Assembly: GCF_000020225.1 (NCBI RefSeq) | Contig: NC_010655.1 | Span: 1,380,001 to 1,412,000 of the forward strand | DNA length: 32,000 nt | Direction: 5' to 3' | Source: Akkermansia muciniphila ATCC BAA-835 | Lineage (GTDB): Bacteria; Verrucomicrobiota; Verrucomicrobiia; Verrucomicrobiales; Akkermansiaceae | Shown: positions 9,018-16,125 of the stretch, in pieces | How the letters are laid out: every line of letters begins with the position of its first letter | How positions within the stretch are numbered: the first letter of the stretch is position 1 | Program-made: the position numbers and the translations under genes | Notes under the pieces: model-generated | Told to the model about the DNA's origin: nothing | Databases searched by the model: none | What the model saw: the letters and a program-made list of their open reading frames with translations, nothing else

Positions 9018-11317
9018 AGGGGAAGATTTCTCTGGAAGATCTGGTTGAACAATTCCTGGATCAGTGCCGTTCCGGCAATGTTCCCGATATTCAGGATTTT
9101 GCCGGGGCGCATCCGGAGTTTGCTGCCGAGTTGCTGGCTCTTCTTCCGCTTGTGATGGAGATGGAAGATTGGAGCGTTGAAAAAAAACAGGGAATTATGC
9201 CTCCGGTTCACGATTTTCCCGATTTGGAGGGGGACGATTACCGGCTGATTCGGAGACTAGGCAGCGGCGGTATGGGGGTGGTATTTGAAGCGCTGCAATT
9301 GTCCCTCAACCGGAAAGTGGCCCTCAAGCTGTTGTCTCCGTTGCTGCTGCAGGATGCCGCCCAACGCAGCCTGTTTGAGCATGAGGCGCATGTGATTGCC
9401 AGGCTTCATCATCCCAATATTGTCAGAATTTTCAGTGCCGCGTGCCGTCCGGGATGTTGTTATTATGCGATGGAGTTGATAGAAGGCAAGAGTCTGGACG
9501 GATGTGAATTCAGTAATCCGTATGAGATAGCCCGCATTGGCCTCCAGGCCGCCAGGGCGATTGCGTACGCCCACCGCTGCGGCATTCTGCACCGCGATAT
9601 CAAACCGGCGAACCTGTTGCTGGATGAAGCGGGGGAAGTACACGTCAGCGATTTTGGACTTGCTTTTCTGCTTCAGGGGAGAAATGAAGTTATTGAGAAG
9701 GAAGGAGCTCAGAGCGGAACACTGCGGTATATGTCCCCGGAGCGGCTGGTGCATGGAGTCAATACCTTTTCCAGCGATCAGTATGCGTTTGGGGTGACGC
9801 TTTATGAGCTTGTTGCAAAATCCCCGCCGTTTCCGGGGCTAGCTCCTGAAGAATTGATGGAACGGATTTGCAGGGAACCGGTTCCGCCGTTGAAGTGCAG
9901 CGAACCCGACTTGGCCGCGATTATTAACAAGTGCGTCAGTTTCCGTCCGGAGTCGCGCTATCGAAGCATGGACGAACTTTCTGAAGATTTGCTGCATTTT
10001 TTGAATCATGAACCGGTCGGGGCCTCCTCCCCGTCTCCGGCCAGGCGGTTGCAGCTGTGGATGAAACGTAAACCGGCTGTTGCCGTATTGTCTTTGGCTG
10101 CGGCCCTGTGTGCGGCCGCTTTCGTTGTCGCGTTGGGCGCCGGTTATCTGCAGACGGCGTCTGCGCTGAAACTGGCGGAAAACAATGCCGCAGTTGCCGA
10201 TGCGGCTTTGTCACAAGTGTTCACCCGTATTGCGGAGCAGCCCCCTTCACAGAAAAATACGCAGCTGCTTTCAGCTTTGCTGCCCTATTACAGGATGATC
10301 GCCAGAGGAAAAAATCTGCCGGAGTCAAAGGTTTGCGAGGCCAATGCCGTCATCGGGGAATGCGCACTGCGCACCGGGAGTTATGCTCTTGCGGAAGAAG
10401 CGTTCCGCAACATGATGAAATTCAGGAAAGACGCTTTTCCCGTCAACCAGTTGGCGACGGCTTTGAAAAAACAGGGTAAAGATAAAGAGGCAACGGAACT
10501 TTTCCGGCAGGTGGCCGACCGCTTTGCGATGTCGGAGCGGGCGGAGGATCGGTTTGAAACGGTCCGCGCGTTGCTGGCTTTGTCCGGTTCTCCGGAGAGT
10601 GTTGAGCGTTCCCGGGCGTTCGGAATGTTGGAAACATTGTTGGAGGATGATCCTGACCATCCTGAATACCGTTTTCAATACGCACAGCTTTTGGCCGGAA
10701 ATCCCCGCCTTTTCCGGGAGAGGCGCATTCCCGGCATTGAACCGAATGCAGCCGTGCTGCTCCTCCAGCTTGCCGGCGCCTATCCGGAACGGCCGGAATA
10801 CGGCCTGGCGCTGGTAGAGCTGATGCTGAAGAAACTCCGGTATGCCAGGAATTTCCGGGAACATAACCAGAGGGAACTTGCCGATACGGTGAATCTTTCC
10901 GAAAGGCTTCTCGGGCGTTGGCCGAATGATCCGCAGATTATTTCCGGCATGGTCCGGCTGCATGCACGGTATATTGGGGCCCTGCGACGCGAAGGAAAAG
11001 ATGCCTGGGCCCGAAGGGAAAGCGACCGCCTGCAGGGCATCCTGGAAGTTCTTTTTTACAATCCCGAGATTTCCGATGCCGTGAAAGAAAGCCTGATCCG
11101 CCTCCAGCTTCAACGTTTGAAACTGTTACGGCATGACGGCCGGAGTTATGAAGGAGAGGATCTGCGGAAAAAAATCAGCCGGGAGCTGGGCTTTTACCAC
11201 GGACCGATGCTCCGGGTGTTCCGGGAGGAGTTGGATAAAGCCGGGCCGGATGATGAATCCTCCGTCGGGAAGAGTGAAGATTCCATTATTTTTGAACGCA
11301 CCAAGCAAGGTTTGTAA
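9014..11317 (+). CDS. Membrane Ser/Thr protein kinase with a C-terminal extracytoplasmic helical-repeat (TPR-like) domain
   Basis: The ATG at 9014 is preferred because of the ATGA overlap with the sigma stop; the track's start at 8909 lies inside the sigma gene. Hanks kinase motifs are all present: GSGGMG, VALK, HRDIKPANLLL, SDFGLA, GTLRYMSPE. One TM helix follows (AVAVLSLAAALCAAAFVVALGAGYL), then about 380 aa of helical repeats. Confidence 0.9.
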   Translation: MKGKISLEDLVEQFLDQCRSGNVPDIQDFAGAHPEFAAELLALLPLVMEMEDWSVEKKQGIMPPVHDFPDLEGDDYRLIRRLGSGGMGVVFEALQLSLNRKVALKLLSPLLLQDAAQRSLFEHEAHVIARLHHPNIVRIFSAACRPGCCYYAMELIEGKSLDGCEFSNPYEIARIGLQAARAIAYAHRCGILHRDIKPANLLLDEAGEVHVSDFGLAFLLQGRNEVIEKEGAQSGTLRYMSPERLVHGVNTFSSDQYAFGVTLYELVAKSPPFPGLAPEELMERICREPVPPLKCSEPDLAAIINKCVSFRPESRYRSMDELSEDLLHFLNHEPVGASSPSPARRLQLWMKRKPAVAVLSLAAALCAAAFVVALGAGYLQTASALKLAENNAAVADAALSQVFTRIAEQPPSQKNTQLLSALLPYYRMIARGKNLPESKVCEANAVIGECALRTGSYALAEEAFRNMMKFRKDAFPVNQLATALKKQGKDKEATELFRQVADRFAMSERAEDRFETVRALLALSGSPESVERSRAFGMLETLLEDDPDHPEYRFQYAQLLAGNPRLFRERRIPGIEPNAAVLLLQLAGAYPERPEYGLALVELMLKKLRYARNFREHNQRELADTVNLSERLLGRWPNDPQIISGMVRLHARYIGALRREGKDAWARRESDRLQGILEVLFYNPEISDAVKESLIRLQLQRLKLLRHDGRSYEGEDLRKKISRELGFYHGPMLRVFREELDKAGPDDESSVGKSEDSIIFERTKQGL

Positions 11318-11520
11318 ATTGTCCGCTTACCGGCACTCAGCAATTTGTTGTGTGAGGGGAAAAGGAAAGCGTCCCGTTCCGAGCGGCGCTGGTGCAGAAG
11401 AAGGCGGGTATTTGCCTCCGTTGCAGGCGGAGTGTCAGATGCGTTCCTGATGCATTTTTGTTTTCCGAGCCAGCTTTTTGTTCCAAGGCGCTTCCTGAGA
11501 TAAATTGTTGTATTCCCTTG

Positions 11521-11550
11521 TTGACTTCCAGTTGGTGGAACCCATATGCT
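11521..11550 (+). promoter_or_regulatory. Candidate sigma-70-type promoter for the aldo/keto reductase gene
   Basis: TTGACT (11521-11526), an 18-nt spacer, then TATGCT (11545-11550), ending 37 nt before the ATG at 11587. This is a pattern match only. Confidence 0.3.
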
Positions 11551-11586
11551 CGGATGATATATCAAAATTTCAACCATCAACGTTTA

Positions 11587-12735
11587 ATGAGCATGTATAA
11601 ACACTATTCTGACGGCCGCCGCCGCTTTCTCAAAATGTCCGCCTTGTTCGGTACGTCTGCGCTGATTTCTCCGGCCATTGCCCGGGCAGAGGGCGGGGGT
11701 GCCGATTCTCCGGAAAACGGCGGCTTTGCCGCCTCCCGGAGCCGGACGCTTGGCAAGGGCTCCTGTGCCTTGGAAGCTTCTCCCCTTGGCTTCGGAGTCA
11801 TGGGAATGACCTACAACCGCAGCCAGTCTCCCTCGCGTGAGCAGTGCATCCGGCTTCTTCATGAGGCCGTGGAGCGCGGAGTGACTCTTTTTGATACGGC
11901 CATCATCTACGGCCCCCTGAGCAATGAACTTCTGGCCGGGGAAGCTCTTTCCCCCTTCAGGGGGAAGATCAGCGTCACTACCAAGTTCGGGCACGAAGTT
12001 ATTAACGGAAAGGGGACGGGCCGCCAGGACAGCCGCCCGGAAACCATCCGGCGCTACTGCGACGAGTCGCTGCGCCGTTTGAAGGTGGACGCTATTGAAT
12101 TATTCTACCAGCACCGCTTTGATCCCAGGATTCCCGTTGAAGATGTAGCGGGAACCATCTCCGAACTGGTCAAGGAAGGCAAGGTGCGGCGCTGGGGCAT
12201 GTGCGAAGTCACTCCCGGTACAATTCGCAGGGCCCACGCCGTCCATCCCCTGACAGCCATTCAGAGTGAGTACCATCTCATGCACCGGGATGTTGAAAAC
12301 AATGGCGTTCTGGATGTCTGCCGTGAACTGGGTATAGGCTTTGTCCCCTACAGCCCGCTCAACAGGGGATTCCTGGGGGGCTGCATCAATGAATACACGC
12401 AATTTGACCCGAACAACGACAACCGCCAGACCCTGCCGCGTTTCACGCCGGAGGCCATGAGAGCCAATATGCGTATTGTCAATATTCTGCAACAGTTTGG
12501 GAGGACGCGCGGCATGACTTCCTCCCAGGTTGCCCTGGGATGGCTGCTGCAAAAGGCTCCTTATATCGTACCCATTCCCGGCACCACTAAACTGTCCCAT
12601 CTGGAAGAAAACCTGCACACGCTTGATTTTACCTGCTCTCCGCAGGAGTGGGCGGAACTGGAGAACGCCGTAGCCGCCACACCCGTGACCGGAGCACGCT
12701 ACAACGCGGAACAGCAAAGGCAAGTAGGGCATTGA
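11587..12735 (+). CDS. Aldo/keto reductase with a twin-arginine (Tat) signal peptide
   Basis: The start at 11587 (MSMYKHYSDGRRRFLKMSALFGTSALISPAIARAEG) gives a consensus-like RRxFLK Tat motif. AKR catalytic tetrad context is present: LFDTAIIYG (Asp, Tyr), VTTKFG (Lys), FYQHRFD (His). The track's longer N-terminal extension from 11392 looks non-coding. Confidence 0.9.
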   Translation: MSMYKHYSDGRRRFLKMSALFGTSALISPAIARAEGGGADSPENGGFAASRSRTLGKGSCALEASPLGFGVMGMTYNRSQSPSREQCIRLLHEAVERGVTLFDTAIIYGPLSNELLAGEALSPFRGKISVTTKFGHEVINGKGTGRQDSRPETIRRYCDESLRRLKVDAIELFYQHRFDPRIPVEDVAGTISELVKEGKVRRWGMCEVTPGTIRRAHAVHPLTAIQSEYHLMHRDVENNGVLDVCRELGIGFVPYSPLNRGFLGGCINEYTQFDPNNDNRQTLPRFTPEAMRANMRIVNILQQFGRTRGMTSSQVALGWLLQKAPYIVPIPGTTKLSHLEENLHTLDFTCSPQEWAELENAVAATPVTGARYNAEQQRQVGH

Positions 12736-12963
12736 CCCGATTTGTTTGCCGGGATAAACGGCAATCGCAACGGCGGCCTCCGCAGAACGTTCGTCAGGCG
12801 TTCCATACTATCCGGAATTCCTTGTTGATTCCGTTTTTACGGATTGTCTGAAAAACATTTCCTTCTGAAAGCATTCTGCCGGAAGAAGGGGATGTGTTGT
12901 TGCGTGAAGCGAGTAGCCTCCATTTGCCCCTCCCGGCAGCAGGCCCAGGCGTCAGCACCTTCT

Positions 12964-13428
12964 TCAAATTTTTTGTTTCAGGAAGGAATCCATCCATTCC
13001 GGGTTCACCTGTGGCAGAGGTTCGCCTTTGTCATATGCCTCGCAGCACTGGCCGATATACTCCATTTTGATTTTGGAGTATTTCAGGCATTTTTTCAGTT
13101 CCCGAATGCGCGTTTTCATGGCCTGATGCCCTTCCTGCAACATGCGGTAACGTTCGCGCAATGTCGAATTACCTTGGCGAACCAGGTGAAAAAAGCGTTT
13201 GATCTCCTTGAGTTCCAATCCAGAATGCTTAAGGCAAACCAGCCCCAGAAGTTCTTCCATTTCCTTGCGGTGGAAGACACGGCATCCCGCCCCGTTTCTC
13301 GGGATGTCCAGGATTCCTTCTTCTTCAAAAAAACGCAGATTGGACGGCGTGATGCCTGTCAATTCCGAGACTTCCGAAATGGAAAGGCACATGTCTTTCT
13401 GTTCTCCAAGTTCTGATGCGTCTTGCAT
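12964..13428 (-). CDS. MerR-family transcriptional regulator (NmlR/AdhR-like)
   Basis: MerR HTH: LSISEVSELTGITPSNLRFFEEEGIL, followed by a coiled-coil dimerisation helix. An alternative start at 13392 (MCLSISEV...) would put the Cys of LVCLKHSGLELKEI near residue 53. Confidence 0.85.
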   Translation of the reverse strand: MQDASELGEQKDMCLSISEVSELTGITPSNLRFFEEEGILDIPRNGAGCRVFHRKEMEELLGLVCLKHSGLELKEIKRFFHLVRQGNSTLRERYRMLQEGHQAMKTRIRELKKCLKYSKIKMEYIGQCCEAYDKGEPLPQVNPEWMDSFLKQKI

Positions 13429-13448
13429 GAAGACACTATGGCTTTTTC

Positions 13449-13676
13449 TTAGGCTGCGGGAAACGACAATTTCCGTGTATGGGCGGGGAAGCCGGTTATT
13501 ATTGCCTTTTTAAGGTACATGGCATTCATTTTCTCCAACTGCATGCGGCCTTCCGTTTTTTCTGGAGTTTCCAGCAGCGCTGTTCCGGTTCCGGTGTATT
13601 TTTCATATTCCTTTACATCAAAGGTTCCGGGGGATATGGTCCCCGCGTTTTTCAGCAAGGCAATGATTCTTTTCAA
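13449..13676 (-). CDS. Candidate small ORF (75 aa) upstream of, and co-directional with, merR; function unknown
   Basis: The translation MKRIIALLKNAGTISPGTFDVKEYEKYTGTGTALLETPEKTEGRMQLEKMNAMYLKK... is protein-like in composition rather than Arg/Pro/Gly-rich like the shadow ORFs. It ends 20 nt before the merR ORF. However, its first 14 nt overlap the divergent aldolase start, and no family was recognised. Confidence 0.25.
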   Translation of the reverse strand: MKRIIALLKNAGTISPGTFDVKEYEKYTGTGTALLETPEKTEGRMQLEKMNAMYLKKAIITGFPAHTRKLSFPAA

Positions 13677-14700
13677 CTGTGATTACAGTGAAGGCGCCCA
13701 TGCGGATATTCTCCGCAGAATGGCGGAAACGAATATGGAGCAGACTGCCGGTTACGGGGAGGACCCCTATTGCGACCAGGCCCGGAAGCTGATTGCCGGC
13801 TTGTGCGGCAGAACGGATCTGGATATCCATTTCCTTATCGGCGGGACCCAGACCAATTTCACGGTAATTGCGGCGGCGCTGCGTCCCCATCAATGCGTGC
13901 TGTGCGCGGACACGGGCCATATCAATGTGCACGAGTCGGGAGCCGTTGAGGCTTGCGGACACAAGGTTTCCGCTATTCCTTCCCCGGATGGGAAGCTGAC
14001 GGCCCGGCAAATTGAGGAGGCGTGGCACGCCCACTGGGATGACGAGACCCGTGAGCATATGCCTCAGCCCCGGATGGTTTATATTTCCCAGCCGACCGAA
14101 TTGGGCACCATTTATTCCAGAAAGGAACTTCAGGAAATTTCCGGAGTCTGCCGCCGGCGGGGGCTGTATTTGTATATGGACGGAGCACGCCTCGGCTACG
14201 GCTTGTGCGATGAGGACAATGACCTGGATTTGCCGGCGATTGCCTCCCTTTGCGATGCTTTTTACATCGGCGGCACGAAGGTCGGCGCTCTGTTTGGTGA
14301 AGCCCTGGTTCTGCGGCATGAGGCCCTGAAGGAGGATTTCCGTTACATCGCCAAGCAGAAGGGCGGCCGTCTTGCGAAAGGGCGGCTTCTGGGCATTCAG
14401 TTCCTGGAGCTGTTCCGCGACGGCCTTTATTTCCGGCTGGGCGCCCATGCGGACCGCCTGGCTGTGATGCTGCGGGATTTTTGCCGTTCCAGAGGGCTGG
14501 CGCTTCCCTTTTCCAGCGGAACGAACCAACAGTTTGTCACGATGCCCGATTCCGTTCTGGAGGAGCTGGGGAGGAAATACGGTTTTGCCTATTTGCGCCG
14601 GGAGGATGAAACCCACAGCACGGTGCGCTTCTGCACGAGCTGGGCCACCCGAGAGGAAGACGTACGGGAATTGATGGCGGATATCGCCCGCCTGTGCTGA
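13663..14700 (+). CDS. PLP-dependent threonine aldolase / beta-eliminating lyase family protein
   Basis: The start at 13663 (MILFNCDYSEGAHADILRRMAETN...) fits the family N-terminus. Family motifs are present: FLIGGTQTNFTVIAA, HINVHESGA, YMDGARLGYGL, and FYIGGTKVGAL (PLP lysine context). The track's extension from 13519 looks non-coding. Confidence 0.85.
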   Translation: MILFNCDYSEGAHADILRRMAETNMEQTAGYGEDPYCDQARKLIAGLCGRTDLDIHFLIGGTQTNFTVIAAALRPHQCVLCADTGHINVHESGAVEACGHKVSAIPSPDGKLTARQIEEAWHAHWDDETREHMPQPRMVYISQPTELGTIYSRKELQEISGVCRRRGLYLYMDGARLGYGLCDEDNDLDLPAIASLCDAFYIGGTKVGALFGEALVLRHEALKEDFRYIAKQKGGRLAKGRLLGIQFLELFRDGLYFRLGAHADRLAVMLRDFCRSRGLALPFSSGTNQQFVTMPDSVLEELGRKYGFAYLRREDETHSTVRFCTSWATREEDVRELMADIARLC

Positions 14701-14796
14701 AATTTCCCTCCGTCCGGCAATGCCGGGAAACTGCGGAAAGGGACGTTCCCCCATTCGTTTGCGGAAAAGCATTTTTGTCTTTCCGGGAGGAACCTG

Positions 14797-16125
14797 TTGA
14801 GCCATGATATGGTTATGCCCTTAATCGTGGGACAGGAATGGCGGAGGAGAATTTCCCGCATGCAGTGGCTGCTGAATGCCGTGCTGGCGGTGGAGTGCCT
14901 TAGCATGCCTTTTTTTGCCGCCGGGGCGGTAGCTGGGATGGTCTGGTACGGAGGACGCAGGATGGGGGCTGACTGGGGCTGGCTGGCGGGAGGCGCCCTT
15001 GCCGCCGCAGGTTTATTTTTGGCGGTGTGGGGGTGGCTGCGGCTCCGGGGCCGTTTTTTCAGCAGGCGTGATACGGCGGCCTTTTTGGATGAACAGCTGG
15101 GGTTGCATGCGGCGTTGAGCGCCGGTGAGGAATGGGGCAATGCCGTGGAGGCAGGGGAAAGCTCGGTACGGGGGAATTCCGTGCTGCGGATACGTTCCGC
15201 CTGGTGCCTGGCCTGGCTGGCGGGAGGCGCGGTTCTTATGGCTTGCGGGGCTTTTTTGCCGTTGCCCGCGCCGCAAGCCGTAGGGCAGCTTCCGGATTTG
15301 CCGCCCGTTCTGGCCCGGGTGGGGGAAGTCCTGGACCGCCTGGCGGAGATGGAGAGCGTGGATAATAAGAGCCTGGAGCCTTTCCGGGAGCAGTTGGAGG
15401 ATTTGAAAAGAATGCACCGGAATGAGATGTATTCCCATGCCGGACTGGAAGCGGCGGATGCCCTGAAGGGGAAAACGGCAGCGGCCGTTGCCGGATTATC
15501 CAATCAGATGTATCGGACGGATTCCGCCCTTTCCCTGCTGGACAGTCTGAATGGAGCGTCCAGCCCGGAGGCGATGCAGTCCCTTCAGGAGGCGTTGACG
15601 GGAATGGAGTCCCTCGCCCTGCAGCCGGGCGGCATCATGAGCCGCCAGCTCCAGGAGCTGGAGGCTTCCCTGCCTTCCCGGCAGATTGATCCGGAGACGG
15701 CCCTCCGTCTGCGGGAACAGCTGGAACGGGCCGCCCAGCAGCTGCGGAGCATGTGCGGGCAGTGCGGCATATCCCTGATGGCGTCTCCGGATGACCGTAC
15801 CGTGATGGAAGCCGGGCAGGGAGAGGGAAGTGAACCCGGACGAGGAGGAACGGGGCGTGGACGCGGGGACGCTCCCCTTGCCTTTGAGATGGAAGAGCGC
15901 CCCCGGCTTGACACGGTTTCCAGACGGGCGGTTCATGAGGACTTGAGCCGCGCCGCTCTGGGGGAAGCTGCGGGGGTGGAGTCGGCGGCTCCCTCCCCGG
16001 AAGGGGCTGGAAATGGACTGGAACACGGCGGCCGGGGGGCTCGTCCGGCCCGCGGTGGAGATGCCGTGTGGTCTGATTGCCTTACTCCTCAGGAACAGTC
16101 AGCCCTGAAGGAAATTTTCAGATAG
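14797..16125 (+). CDS. Membrane-anchored coiled-coil / low-complexity protein of unknown function (possibly DUF4175-like)
   Basis: Two N-terminal TM helices (LLNAVLAVECLSMPFFAAGAVAGMVWY, WLAGGALAAAGLFLAVWGWL) are followed by a third hydrophobic segment. Then comes a long Glu/Leu/Gln-rich helical region and a Gly/Arg-rich tail. The start is uncertain: TTG at 14797, or ATGs at 14809, 14815 or 14860. Its 3' end overlaps the convergent VWA gene by 8 bp. Confidence 0.55.
   Translation: MSHDMVMPLIVGQEWRRRISRMQWLLNAVLAVECLSMPFFAAGAVAGMVWYGGRRMGADWGWLAGGALAAAGLFLAVWGWLRLRGRFFSRRDTAAFLDEQLGLHAALSAGEEWGNAVEAGESSVRGNSVLRIRSAWCLAWLAGGAVLMACGAFLPLPAPQAVGQLPDLPPVLARVGEVLDRLAEMESVDNKSLEPFREQLEDLKRMHRNEMYSHAGLEAADALKGKTAAAVAGLSNQMYRTDSALSLLDSLNGASSPEAMQSLQEALTGMESLALQPGGIMSRQLQELEASLPSRQIDPETALRLREQLERAAQQLRSMCGQCGISLMASPDDRTVMEAGQGEGSEPGRGGTGRGRGDAPLAFEMEERPRLDTVSRRAVHEDLSRAALGEAAGVESAAPSPEGAGNGLEHGGRGARPARGGDAVWSDCLTPQEQSALKEIFR

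Noticed and set aside
13618-14805. 395-aa minus-strand ORF, the longest unannotated ORF in the track
   Set aside because: It is antisense to the threonine-aldolase-family gene, whose frame carries family motifs including the GGTK PLP site. The product is Arg/Gly/Pro/Ala-rich and motif-free.
14589-16026. Minus-strand ORFs 14589-15503 (304 aa) and 15496-16026 (176 aa) opposite the 14797-16125 gene
   Set aside because: Both are extremely Arg/Ser/Pro/Ala-rich with no TM or domain logic. The plus frame gives TM helices followed by a coherent coiled-coil. The rejection is less certain than the others because the plus-strand protein has no recognised family.
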